From assembly GCA_043228905.1 (NCBI GenBank), contig JBHGNT010000014.1, positions 17,732,001 to 17,796,000 on the forward strand: a stretch of DNA of 64,000 nt, written 5' to 3'. The notes beneath the pieces are model-generated. The model was given only the letters and a program-made list of their open reading frames with translations. It had not been told where the DNA came from and did no database searches. The position numbers were made by a program, and so were the translations under genes. The DNA is from Azolla caroliniana. Its lineage: Eukaryota > Plantae > Polypodiophyta. Shown here one piece after another: positions 26,089-38,730 of this stretch. Numbering within the stretch: the stretch's first letter is position 1; each line of letters begins with the position of its first letter.

Positions 26089-29000
26089 TGTAAAATGCCT
26101 CAAAACTCTCTCCCCATTTCCATTCCATCTGAATGCCTTTATACAACTTGGTAATACATTCCAAGATCCATTTGGTTATCTTGGCACACTTCTAGTTAAT
26201 TTCCTCTAACTAACCTTTTACTAACTATAGCATAACTAACTAACTCAAGGTTTAACTCCCCTAACCCTAGTTATAGCCACTTGGGTTAGGTGAGGGGTTT
26301 TAGCATGTGGTTTTACCACATGACCCCACAACTCCCCCCTTCAAAAAATTTGAGCATGTCGACTGTGTCTGATGGCGTCTCTGCTCCTTGACTGTGGGAG
26401 CTACCTCCGTCGCGTTGCCATGGCTGAACACATCTCGCTTGCTTGTGTGTGACGACGGCTCTGCTTCGTCTTGTTGGCTGGTTGAGATTGAAGGGTTTCC
26501 TGAGTCCTCCGCGTAGGGGACATCATGGTGAGTTTCTTCTTCTTGTGCTGTGGATTGGAGCATATATGGCTTCATCCGTATCACGTGCACATAGGTAATT
26601 CGTCCATTAGCATCTCGACGGAGGGAATAGGTGTTGGCCCTCATTGAACGGATGACCGTAAAAGGGCCAATCCATCGATTCATCATTGATTCACTGAGTC
26701 CTTGTCGTCGGATTGGGAAATAGACTAGGACCTTTGCTCCGGTTGCGTACTCTACTTCCTGCCGACCCTTATCATAGCACCGTTTTTGTCGTGACTGAGC
26801 CAATTGTAGGTTCTTGTGTATGCTCATCCATAAGATAGGTTGGACCTGTTGCAAGTGCAACCACCAATCCATTGCATCGATTCGAGTATGTTTTTTGGGT
26901 AAATCCACCTTGATGTCGGGGGGTAAACGAGGGTCTCTTCCATATAGTGCTATGAAAGGACTGATTCGAGTCGAGGCATGCACCGAAGTGTTATACGCAT
27001 GCGTGATGAAGGGTAGGATCAAGTCCCATGTTGTGTGTAGTGGATCGATGAATGCGGTAAGTTGTTGTTTAATCGTCTTGTTCATCCGTTCTGTCAATCC
27101 GTTCATTTGGGGATGATATGGGGAGGTGAATATTTGTTGAATGCCTAATTGTGTGGCTAATGCTTGCAATACCTCTTCGCTAAATTGTGGTTCTTGATCT
27201 GACATGATGCGAGCTGGACAACCATGTGGGAAAATGATCCGCTCCATCAGCTTCGTTGCTATGGTGACAACTCGTGCATCCGGAATTGCGGCGGTTTCGG
27301 TTTCGGAATTGCGGCGGAATTGACGTCAAGTATTCAGATATGACTAAGATATACATGTTTCCTGCCTGGGATTCAGGAAACGGGCCGATGATATCCCATC
27401 CGATTAATTCAAAGGGTTTAGAAACAGTAATAGGCTAGAGTAGGCCGTCATTGGAATGGGGTGGCTTAATTTGTTGACATGAGTGACATTGTTTGATGTA
27501 GGCTGCGATTGTTGTACGCATTTGCGGCCAATAATATCGGAGACGGATCTTGTCCAACACCTTGTGGAATCCAAGGTGGCCAGACATCGGGTGATCGTGA
27601 AAAAATTGCATATATAAATTCCTCAAACTTTGTGGTATGTAGATTCGTGGTTGTTTCCCTGTTTGTATAAAGTATAAGACATTGTTTTGCAATTGGAAAT
27701 GGCTGTGTACCTTTTTGCTTGTTGTTGATTGGAAGTCATGGGTGATTTGTCATATTTGTTCGCCGGCTTGTTGTAGGGCTGCTATCTGGGCCATCGTTGT
27801 GGGTAATTGGACTACTGTAGGGTTGAATTGAACACATTGTGTTTCTACTCCTAACGACCCATCGTCGATCACATTTTGGACTCCTTTTTTATAAGTTAAT
27901 GTGTACCGATGCTCATGTAAAGCCATTGCCCATCTTAATAAGCGACCTGGTGGGTGTGGCTTGTTGATTAGATGGACTAGGGGTTGGTGGTCTGTTTCGA
28001 CGTTGACGTGGGTGTCGTGTAAATAGGGATGGAACTTTGTGAAAGCCCATACGATTGCTAACCATTCCTTTTCTGTTGTGGAGTAATTCTTTTCTGCAGG
28101 AGTAAGGGATCGACTTATATAGGCAATTGGGCGCTCCACTCCTGTTGCATCCGTTTGTTGTAGGACGACTCCCAATCCATGATTGGATGCGTCTGTCTGC
28201 AAAAGAAAGGGGCGTGAGAAATCTGGGTGAGCCAATTGACCTGCTTGGTGTAGTGTATTTTTTAATTGGATGAAGTTGTTCTCACATTATGTTGTCCACT
28301 CAAACTTGGAGCCTTTTCGCAATAGGTGTCGTGGGGGTGCTGTCATGGTGGCCATATTCGGAATGAATAAGAGTGAAAAAGTCGCCATGCCTAAGAAACG
28401 TTGCAAGGACTTGACTGTGGTTGGTCGGGGAAAATTAGTCACGGCCTCGGTCTACTTTGGGTCCATTTGAAAGCCTTCGGCAGAAATTATATAGCCCAAA
28501 AACTTTAGTTGTGTGCTACCCCATCTGCATTTTTTCCACTGTAATTTCAAATTGTGTTGTTGTATTCGTTGTAGAATTGATTGTGTTGAGAGACAAGCTC
28601 AACATCGGCTGGATCGGCTGAAGAAGTCGAGGACCAGATCGGTTGCGACCGATCGGTTAGGCCGAGTGCGTAAACCGGGAGGCTGTTAGGAAAGATATTC
28701 CGTGAGGAATATGTTTGGGAGTTAGTGTAGGAGCTCTTAATGAGCATTGAAGTACCGTCAGTACTTCGGTCAGTCCTTCAAGGACTTGTATAAAAGTGTT
28801 TATGGAACACACATGTGTATAGAGTGGTGAATAGAGATTTGAGTTGTTGTTGAATATAGTTCTTGTGTTTTCTCTTTCTCTCTCTCACTCTCTCTGTCTC
28901 TCCTGCGTATACTGCGTATACTGCGTAAGCTCAAGCTCTCCATTAAACCTGAGTGTTCTTCCTTCTGTTCGGTCTTCATACTTGCTTCCGCACGCTACTT

Positions 29001-30799
29001 TTTACATGGTATCAGAGCGCGAGGGTTGAGAACCTCTTTGCAGCCGACACAACTTGACGAAGAAGAACAAGAAGAACGATGGATAGAGGCATGGCGAGCT
29101 CGCTTCCAACAGAGAAGCTCGACAGAACCAACTACGCATCTTGGTCCTACAAGATGCACCAGTACCTGCTCGGGCATGACTATTGGAGTTATGTCGAAGG
29201 AGCTAATGACGCGGCACCCGAATCGACACACAGAGACTTCCCGTCGTGGGAGCAATCAGCGAGCAGGGTACTATACTGCTTCGCATCATGTGTGGGCGAA
29301 CAACTATTGAGCTATGTTCGGGATGCAAAGACGCCGAAGGGTGCGTGGGAAAATCTGAAGAAGATTTTTGCCGCGAGCAACACAGCCAGGAAGCTCCAGC
29401 TCCGATAGGAGTTGAGCAACCTACGACAACGTGACTTGTTGGTGGCGGACTATACCTCGAAGATCAAGGATATCTGCGACTCCCTCGCCTCCATAGAGGT
29501 GAACATCGAGGAGAGCGAGATGGTCCAGTTCTGTCTCGGAGGTTTGGCGTCGAAGTTCGGAGCGTTCCGAACGGCTGTGTGTACCCGGGAGAATACGCCG
29601 TCCTTTTTCGACTTACAGTCGATGCTCATGGTAGAGGAGAACCACGCGGGTGCGTCGACGAGCACGCACACCGACAACAAGATGTTGTACACGGAGGGAG
29701 AAAGGCCCCGTGGTCGTGGCGGACGAGGCGAGTCGGTTCGCAATGGAGGCGGCCGACGAGATCAAAGAAGAAGGCCGTGTGATTGCGCAAGGGTGCAGAG
29801 ATGGGAGGATGTTCATCCTCGACTCCATTGACGGTGGCACCGCAGTGTTCGCGAAGGGACAAAAAGCCGAGTCGGACATCGACTTGTGGCACAAGCAGAT
29901 AGGCCACGTCAACCACCAGCGGCTTCAAGATCTACAATCGAAACAGGTAGTGTTCGGATTGCCCAAATTAAGTGGCCGAAAGGCACAAATTTGTGAAGCC
30001 TGCCAACTCGGGAAGCAACACCGACTTCCCTTCCCCAACGAGCGAAACCGGAGCCAGAACAAGCTCGACCTTATACACTCCGATGTATGGGGGCCGACAC
30101 AAAACGTTAGTCTTGGCGGGAGCCGATATTTTGTCTCCTTCATCGACGACCACACGCGGCACACGTGGATCTACCTCATTGAGAGGAAGAGCGAAGTCTT
30201 CGACTGCTTTCGGGACCTCAAAGGGTTCATGGAAACGGAGACGGGACGAAAGATCAAGTGCCTGCGGTCGGATGGCGGGAAAGAGTACTTCTCCGGTCAA
30301 TTCAACGGTTATCGACAACAAATTGGAATTTGGTGCTGTCGTGAAGATCCGTCACTATGCGAGGATCGTGAGGCGGAACCGCCGGGGTTCTGGACCGGAA
30401 GGATTCAAACTCGGTAAAAGCTTTGGCGCAAGCTTTAGCGAGAAAGTACTTAAGATAGATTGGGAAAGAGAGAAGTTGAGATTACACGATTGAGAGAGAT
30501 TGATTGAACTTTTAACTTTAGATTTAAGAAACAAGTTACACGATCAATTTGATAACGAATTTCTTCCTCTTAATTTTCATAAAAAAAACCGTGTTTTTTC
30601 TCCTCCCCCTTCCCTCTTTTATAGATGCTCTCATGCATATGATGCATGTGAGGGTACAAGACATGCATAAATTGCATGTTTGCCATTTGGCGCTTATGTA
30701 TTACATGTGGTGCATGATAACCATGTCACTCATTTTAGTTCTTATGTATGAGAATTTACATGTAAAAGTACAATGATAGAAATATAATTTCAACTAAAT

Positions 30800-30868
30800 A
30801 GCATGGCTTAATGGTAAGCCAATTGACTCCTAACTTGGAGGTGTAAGGTTCGAATCCTTACTTGCCCT
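30800..30868 (+). promoter_or_regulatory. tRNA-like Pol III A/B-box module within E-family LTRs (also at 34708-34761, 38739-38792 and 43307-43360)
   Basis: A box TGGCTTAATGG with D-stem GCTT/AAGC. B box GGTTCGAATCC in a T-arm AAGG-TTCGAAT-CCTT at tRNA-like spacing. No intact anticodon or acceptor stem. Confidence 0.7.
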
Positions 30869-31862
30869 CCTTGTATATGTAAATATGTATATATATTTAT
30901 ATATTTATTTATCTAATCGCCGGACGCCGGTTCGCCGAATACCGTCGGTTACCGGTGCCACCGCCGGATGCCGCCGTCGGATACCGGTGCCTCGTTGGAT
31001 TGCCGCCGGATCACCGACTCCATCGCCGGTCCGGTTTTGGTTGGCCAAAACCCTTTACAAGTAGCTAGCCCACCTCCACTCTTAGTTCAAGTTCCCTTGA
31101 ACTCTCTATGCTCCACACATAGACACAAAGATAATATCTTTTGCTCCACCTTATATATGATGAGAGCTGTATTTGTCGTGCCTATGTGGGATATCTCACA
31201 ATTTTCTCCTTTCCTTTTACAAACTTTATACCCTCATATCTTGACATTTAGTTGTCCGTTTCTCGTGTAATAAAGTGCATTCGAAACCTCCATCATTTTG
31301 TACTTAGATATTAAATTTATTTAAAATGTTATCTTCACAATTATCATACTACGTGATTCATACTCGATTTCGTACGTTTTATGGGATTTTCACACTATTG
31401 CCGAAAATCTCCACGACATCCACCCCCACCAAACTGCACGTCCTCCGGTACGTGCCAAGAAGAGAAGAAATGAGATTTCGGCTACGATGATCAATTAGAT
31501 TCCTCCATGTCTTCATTTTCATCAGGCCTATTATGTCCATTGTCGAGGTAATCGAGGTCAGGATCCTTGTCTTGTCTTTTCTTGAAAATCTTTACTCTTT
31601 TTCCCGCAATGGGTACAACCAACCTTGATCCGTCTAGTTCCGCAAGGTGGTATGTGGCATTATCGTTGGCACTTGTCACCACATACGGCCCGAACCATCT
31701 TCTTGCGAACTTCCTTGTTGTACTGTGTTGATTGTCAAGGGTGCTGTCGTAAACCAAAACCCAATCCCCTTCTTCAATCTTCTTGGGACGAAGTCGATGC
31801 GTGTTGTCGAACCGAACATTGTTCTTTACTCGGGCTGCCTTCATCGTCTTTCGCACTTTTTC

Positions 31863-34601
31863 TTAATCTTTAGGTCTTCTTTCAAGTTGCCTTATCCGCG
31901 TCGCTAATAACTCTTCTTGGCTCATCTCGTTCTCCCACGGTATCGCTACCCATGAGGCGATCGTCCTTTCGATGGGCATAATCGGCTTTTGTCCATACAT
32001 AAGCTCCGTCAGCATATACCCTGTCACCGAGCTATGTGTCGTTCTATCGGCCCACAAGGCATAGGGTAATAGTCGTGGCCAATTCCCGACTCGACCGTTG
32101 CATGCCCGTACGATGGCTTTAACGATAGGTCCATGCCCTCGCTCGATCTTCCCATTTGCTTCCGGATTGTAGGCAGTCGTGAGGGAGAGCTTCACGCCTA
32201 GTCTTTCGAAGAGCTCCGTCGCTTCGTGCGCGTCCAACTCGCCTCGGTCGGCCACTATCTTCCCTACACATCCATATCGGCAAACAACATCTTCAAGTAA
32301 AAATTTACGAACGGCTGAAGTCGTCTTATTTGTCAAGGCTCGTCCTTCCACTTGATTTGTCAAGTCTTCCCTTGCCAACGCTAAGTACTTCATTTGTCCC
32401 ACTCCGATTGGCATCGAGACCAGATCCACCATCCATTTGAAGTGAATGGTGAGTGGGTATGTCGGCTTTAACTCATCACGATGACCTATATTTGAATATA
32501 TTTGGCAAGTTTCACATGTGGACACGAAATGGAGTACATCTTTGTACATGCTTGGCCACCAGTACTTCTCCTTCAATTTTTCGAACGTCGCCCATGTTCC
32601 TCTATGACCTGCCCAAGCACTCTCGTGGAATTCGGTCATCAGCGTCTCTTGCTCTTCTTTCTTTACCACCACTCGACGTGGTATTCCTGTCCTTCTTTTT
32701 GGATGTCGCCAAAGGAATCCTCCCTTCAAGAAGTATCGGTAAGCTTTCTTTCGGATTCGTAGGGCCTCCTCCTTTGTCAACGAAGCATCTGTCGTCAATG
32801 TTCTTAGGAATCTACCGATGAGTAACCATTCTCCTTCGTACTCGTTCTCGTTGAAGGCGTGGAGGGTTTGCGTGTCCTGGTCTTCCGCCGACAATCGAGC
32901 CATCTTGAAGAAGTCGAGGGCGACATCTTCATCTTCTGAAACCATGTTACTTCCATTTGAAAATCTTGCCCTCGACAGCATGTCAGCCATGGCGTTCTTC
33001 TTCCCTGCAATGTGACGGATCTCTAGGTTTAAAGACTTGATGTAGGCGATCCACCTTAGCATAGCAAGATCTGGGGTCGCACATCCCGAGACCATTCCGA
33101 GAATTGGGAGACAATCTGTCTCTATTATCACTTCTGACCCGATCAGGTAATGTTTGTCCGTCTTCACTGCCGACACAATACCCCAAAGTTCCCGCTTGAC
33201 TTGGGCATATCTTTGTTGCCGTTCGTTGAGAACCTTTGCTCCGAACCGGACGGCATATCGCACATTATCTTCACCTTCTTGATTGATGACCCACCCGATT
33301 CCGGTTGGGCTCGTATCTACGGTCACGTAAATTGGTTTCCCTTCGGCATAGTCGGCCTTCCTTAGTGCTGGAGCTTCAAGAAGCAGTTTCTTTAATCTTC
33401 GCATCGCCTCTGTGTGCTCGTCTCGCCATTCGAACTTTATTCTTTTCTTTAGTAGTTCATATAACGGTTTGGCGACATGAGCGTAGTGAGGAATCCATAT
33501 ATGATAAAACGCGCACGCTCCAAGGAACCTTCGAACCTCCGTTTGGTTTTCGCATTCTTCTTTCATGTCTTGGATTGCGTTCACTTTGGATGGCGAGGGC
33601 TTCCGGCCGTATGCTCCACACAAGTGACCTACCACCAAGATCTCCGGTTGCCCGAATGCAGATTTTTCTCCCGAAAATGTCAAATTCGCATCTTCGAGCC
33701 TTTGAAGCACCTTCTCGCAATCTTTCATATGATCCGCAACGAACTTTCTACAACTTTCCTTATCTTTCGATTCATCTTTCTCCTCATCCGAACATCCTTT
33801 TATCGGAATATCATCCAAGAATGGCATCGTGATGTCCGGAATGCAATCCTTCAAGACTTTATTCATGGCATTCACCATATGAGCCACCGAGTTCGTTGCG
33901 CCTTGGGGTAAGGTACACATCCGCACAAGCCCGATCGGAGTCCTCATGGTTGTAATGTCCCGACTGTCCATCGCCAATTGGAATTGGTCATATCCGGAGT
34001 AGAGATCGCCAATGGAGTAGATGGACTGGCCCGCAAACGCTTCGGCAAATTCGTCCACACTCGGACCGATTCCGGCATTTCGAATTGTCACCTTGTTGAC
34101 GGGTTGAAGATCTTGGATGAATCGCAATGATCCATTCTTCTTCGGCACCGTGAACCACCTATTGGAATAAGGAGCATTCGACGGTTCTAGAATTCCCATA
34201 CTCACCTTCTCCTTTAAGAGCTCGATCAGCTTCAGAAGGTGTGCTCTCGGAACCGTTATCGGTTTCAAGTTCGAAGGCACATGAGGCACTGTGAAGATTA
34301 CCATCGGCTCTATAACCTTTGGGTCGGCGCATCCGATTTCTCGTGGGAAGAATGCGAAAGCCTTCCCATGTCTCTCAAGCATATCGCGAAACATTCGGTC
34401 CTCTTCAGGGAGAAGGAAATCCTCCTTTCCAACTCGTAGCTTCCCCTTCGTCTCTTTGGTGAAGACATGACCTATCTTCTTCGGATCTGTTAAGCTTGGA
34501 TCGTTAGCGACTTCCTTCATCTTTTGCCAGCTATCTTCTGGTAGCGGAACCGCAACTGGCTTGATCTTCTTATCCACCGTTTTATATTTCGTGTTTGCCA
34601 T
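31863..34601 (-). CDS. Pol fragment of E1 (RT, RNase H, integrase), 912-codon open frame; the C-terminus continues frameshifted in 31491-31856
   Basis: LPQG...PFLDDIPIKG, VDTSPTGIG...YAQVKRE, HESAWAGH...C..C, VDLV...ADRGE...YNPEANGKIERGH. The ATG is contributed by the LTR at the deletion junction. Confidence 0.85.
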   Translation of the reverse strand: MANTKYKTVDKKIKPVAVPLPEDSWQKMKEVANDPSLTDPKKIGHVFTKETKGKLRVGKEDFLLPEEDRMFRDMLERHGKAFAFFPREIGCADPKVIEPMVIFTVPHVPSNLKPITVPRAHLLKLIELLKEKVSMGILEPSNAPYSNRWFTVPKKNGSLRFIQDLQPVNKVTIRNAGIGPSVDEFAEAFAGQSIYSIGDLYSGYDQFQLAMDSRDITTMRTPIGLVRMCTLPQGATNSVAHMVNAMNKVLKDCIPDITMPFLDDIPIKGCSDEEKDESKDKESCRKFVADHMKDCEKVLQRLEDANLTFSGEKSAFGQPEILVVGHLCGAYGRKPSPSKVNAIQDMKEECENQTEVRRFLGACAFYHIWIPHYAHVAKPLYELLKKRIKFEWRDEHTEAMRRLKKLLLEAPALRKADYAEGKPIYVTVDTSPTGIGWVINQEGEDNVRYAVRFGAKVLNERQQRYAQVKRELWGIVSAVKTDKHYLIGSEVIIETDCLPILGMVSGCATPDLAMLRWIAYIKSLNLEIRHIAGKKNAMADMLSRARFSNGSNMVSEDEDVALDFFKMARLSAEDQDTQTLHAFNENEYEGEWLLIGRFLRTLTTDASLTKEEALRIRKKAYRYFLKGGFLWRHPKRRTGIPRRVVVKKEEQETLMTEFHESAWAGHRGTWATFEKLKEKYWWPSMYKDVLHFVSTCETCQIYSNIGHRDELKPTYPLTIHFKWMVDLVSMPIGVGQMKYLALAREDLTNQVEGRALTNKTTSAVRKFLLEDVVCRYGCVGKIVADRGELDAHEATELFERLGVKLSLTTAYNPEANGKIERGHGPIVKAIVRACNGRVGNWPRLLPYALWADRTTHSSVTGYMLTELMYGQKPIMPIERTIASWVAIPWENEMSQEELLATRIRQLERRPKD

Positions 34602-37600
34602 TTGGCGCTTATGTATTACATGTGGTGCATGATAACCATGTCACTCATTTTAGTTCTCATATATGAGAATTTACATGTAAAAGTACAATGATATAATTTC
34701 AATAATATGGCTTAATGGTAAGCCAATTGACTCCTAACTTGGAGGTGCAAGGTTCGAATCCTTACTCGCCCTCCTTAAATATGTATATATATTTATATAT
34801 TTATTTATCTAATCGCCGGACGCCGGATGCCGGATGCCGTCGGTTACCGGTGCGTCGCCGGATTGCCGCCGGATCACCGGTGCCTCGCCGGATGCCGTCG
34901 CCGGATATTGGTGCCGGATGCCGCCGGATCACCGGCTCTATCGCCGGTCCAGTTTTGGTTGGCCAAAACCCTTTACGAGTAGGTAGCCCACCTCCACTCT
35001 TAGTTCAAGTTACCTTGAACTCTCTATGCTCCATATATAGACACAAAGATAATATCTTTTGCTCCACCTTATATATGATGAGAGCTGTATTTGTCGTGCC
35101 TATGTGGGATATCTCACAATTTTCTCCTTTCCTTTTACAAATTTTATACCCTCATATCTTGACATTTAGTTGTCCGTTTCTCGTGTAATAAAGTGCATTC
35201 GAAACCTCCATCATTTTGTACTTAGATATTAAATCTATTTAAAATGTTATCTTCACAATTATTGTACTACGTGATTCATACTCGATTTCGTACGTTTTAT
35301 GGGATTTTCACACTATTGCAGAAAATCTCCACGACAGCGCGAATTCAGTTGTAGATACACGCCGGAGCAAAACGGCGTGGCCGAGAGGAAGAATCGGTCA
35401 GTTGTGGAAGCGGCACGGGCAATGATGGAGGAGAAGAGCTTGCCCAAGTTCTACTGGGCCGAGGTGGTAAGGACCGCGGTATACATCCAGAACCGGATCG
35501 GAGACAAAGTGTCGGCGCACGAGCTATATTTCGGAACGAAGCCGAACTTGCGACACTTGAGGGTGTTCGGTAGCATTGCGTATGTGCATGTGCCGAAGGA
35601 GAAAAGGAGGAAGCTGGACGCAAAGGCCGAGAAATGCATCTTGGTCGGTTACTCGGACGAGCAGAAGGGTTATAAGTGCTATAAACCTTGCACCAAACAA
35701 GCGCGTGTTAGCCGCGATGTTGTGGTTGACGAGTCCTCGTCGTGGTACCATCCTCCGACTCCGAACCCCGACTCCAATCCGAGTTCTAACGATGAGGTCA
35801 GCGAGGCCGAGATGCCTTCGGGTGAGCCCGAAATCGAGACCCGCGAAGAGAGTCCGATTTCACTCCGTTTAAGTGGACCGATTGGACGACTGAGTCAGTA
35901 CGACCAGTCCGATGAAGAGCCGACGAGTAGTGGAGACTCGACTGTGCATTCCCCGCGCAGGAAGCCGAGGAGACGGCTTACACGCAAAGAGAAAGGGAAG
36001 AAGAAGGAGTCGGATTTCGGCACGGATAGGAATGAGTCAGACCGACGCGAGTCCGAATCCGAGGGAACCGGTGACGGGTCTTTAAAGATAAGACCGCATC
36101 GACCGAGAAGGCCTCGACATCGGCTAATGTGAGATTACACCGATCTACCCGCCAGAAGAATCCTGTTTTGCGGTTCGGATACAACGAGTACATGGCGCAT
36201 CATTATGCGTACATGACCCGTGTAGAGGAAGTGAGTGAGCCGGAGAGCTATGCAGAAGTGGTTAAAGACGCGAATTGGCATGCCGTGATGGAGGAAGAGA
36301 TGCACGCATTGGCAGAGAACGAGACTTGGGACCTGGTTGACACACCAACAGGGGTAAAACCGATCGGGTGTAGGTGGGTGTAGAAAGTCAAGTACAACAC
36401 CGATGGCTCGGTCAACCGGTACAAGGCTCGGCTAGTGGCAAAGGGCTACGTGCAGAAACACGGCATCGACTACGATGAGACGTTTGCGCCGGTCACGAAA
36501 ATGACGACCGTCCGTGTTTTGCTCGCAGTAGCTGCGGTGAAGGGGTGACACTTACATCAGATGGATGTAAAGAATGCGTTCCTGCAAGGTGACCTTGAGG
36601 AACAGGTGCACATGGTATAGCCCCCCGGATTTCACTCCGGAACGAACTCCTCGGCAGTATGCCGACTGAAGAATTCCCTTTACGGACTGAAGCAAGCCCC
36701 GCGTGCCTGGAACGCGAAGATCACGCAACAACTACGTCGGATGGGCTTCGTCACGTCAAAATCGGACTCTTCCCTATTCATCCGGAAAGGTCGACTCGGA
36801 CCGGTTAGTATTCTACTATATGTTGATGACTTGGTCATCACCGGCGTCGACCTAGGTGAAATCGACCGCGAGAAGCTCCAGCTTGCGGCATCGTTCGACA
36901 TGAAGGATCTGGGGGACCTTCATTACTTCCTCAGGATCGAAGTGATCCGTACCCCTGAAGGCATATTGATCAGCCAACGCCATTACGTGCTGAGTATGCT
37001 CTTCAAATTCGGGATGGCCGACTGTAAGTCCGTCTCGACTCCTCTAGATAGAACCGTCAAGCTTCGTCCCGATACGGGAAAGGTATGCGACCCGACGAGG
37101 TTCCGACAAATTGTCGGAAGCCTCATATACTTGACCATCACCCGACCCGACCTCAATTATCCGGTCGGGGTGATCAGTCAGTTCATGGCGCGACCTACCG
37201 AGGAGCACCTTCAGTGTGCGCAACGCATACTGCGGTACGTAAGTGGCACTAAGGACCGCGGACTGCTATATCGGACCGGTGCAGCCGCGCAGTTAGTCGG
37301 CTACACCGATGCTGATTGGGCTGGCAACACCGCCGATCGCCGATCCACGTCTGGATACGCGTTCTCCCTCGGGAGTGCCGCGATCGCGTGGAGCAGTAAG
37401 AAGCAGCCGACAATTGCACTGTCGAGCACTGAAGCTGAGTACCGAGGAGCGGCTGTCGCGACATGCGAAGCCATATGGTTGAAGCGGCTACTTAAGGACC
37501 TGCAGGTGGAGGTGTCAGATCCGACGACGATCTACTGCGACAACCTCAACAACATCCAACTCGCGAAGAACCCCGTTTTCCACGCACGGACCAAGCACAT

Positions 37601-38730
37601 TGAGGTGCACTACCATTTCATCCGTGAGTGTGTCCTTTCCGTGAAGTCGAACTTCAGTACGTGTCAACGGATCAACAGACTGCCGACATCTTCACAAAGC
37701 CTCTTGGTCTGGACAAGTTGCGGCAATTCTCAGGTGCGCTCGGGTTGCGTCACCTCGACGTGCCAAACTTGAGGGGGAGAACAGTCCCGAACGACCAAGC
37801 AAGGCAACAGGAAAGGAGTAGAGACCGCGACACCGAGTCTGAGTCGGTTGACTCGGTTGTCGAGTTCGACTTCGGATCGGCTGAAGAAGCCGAGGGCGGA
37901 CCCGCGGAAAAGTTCAGAAGAGGACAAAAGGGGAGCAACCGAAGGAGAGAGCTGAAGCAAACCACGCATGGGGAAGATGACGCCACCGAGGGCGAGAAGA
38001 CCGAAGACGAGTTGGAGACAGCCAACTCGGACGAGAGCGAAAACCGATCGGAAGTAGCCGAGTCGGTTCGGATGTTTGATTCAGACACGTTGAATCAACC
38101 GAGGCCCAAGGGGAAGAAAAGGCAGCAGAAGAAGTGTCGACATCGCAACAACAGAAGAGCTAATAAGGGCCACATGAGCAGACAAGCCGACCAGAAGGGT
38201 CGAAGCGCGCGAAGTCGAACAGGTCGAGGAGCGTGAGCGAGGCGTGAAGCCAGGAGGAACCGGAGTTGTGAGCCGGAGGATCCCGAAGAGCCTCGAGTTG
38301 AGCTTGAGGGGGAGTGTTGAGAGACAAGCTCAACATCGGCCGGATCAGCTAAAGAAGCCGAGGACCGGATCGGTTGGGACCGATCGGTTAGGCCGAGTGC
38401 GTAAACCGGGAGGCCGTTAGGAAAGATATTCCATGAGGAACATGTTTGGGAGTTAGTGTAGGAGCTCTTAATGAGCATTGAAGTACCGTTAGTACTTCGG
38501 TCAGTCCTTCGAGGACTTGTATAAAAGTGTTCATGGAACACACATGTGTATAGAGTGGTGAATAGAGATTTGAGTTGTTGTTGAATATAGTTCTGGTGTT
38601 TTCTCTCTCTCTCTCTCACTCTCTCTGTCTCTCCTGCGTATACTACGTATACTGCGTAAGCTCAAGCTCTCCATTAAACCTGAGTGTTCTTCCTTCTGTT
38701 CGGTCTTCATACTTGCTTCCGCACGCTACT

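Larger units (their letters stand above)
30337..35336 (-). mobile_element. Gypsy 'E1' (tRNA-Trp-primed family) inserted in the integrase of D; keeps RT-RH-INT, lacks gag/protease/PBS
   Basis: Left LTR 30337-31418 (TGTCGTG...CACGACA). PPT at 31419-31434. Partial right LTR ~34593-35336. 4-bp TSD GTGC/GCGC. Removing it restores the Copia frame QIGI.REFSCRYTPEQN. Confidence 0.92.
28584..38730 (+). mobile_element. Copia LTR retrotransposon 'D' (degenerate) inserted in the RT of C; 5' LTR 28584-29006, 3' LTR 38315-38730 lacking its last few bases
   Basis: PBS TGGTATCAGAGC (iMet) at 29007. Gag from ATG 29091 with a stop. Knuckle/protease deleted near 29775. Integrase LWHKQIGH/HSDVWGP/RSDGGKEY is split by E1. 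RT LYVDD and RNase H YTDADWAG...SSTEAEY. PPT GAGGGGGAG at 38306. Confidence 0.92.

Noticed and set aside
30800-30868. Functional tRNA-Arg(CCT) gene
   Set aside because: A CTCCTAA loop is present, but the anticodon and acceptor stems do not pair. It is tRNA-derived only.
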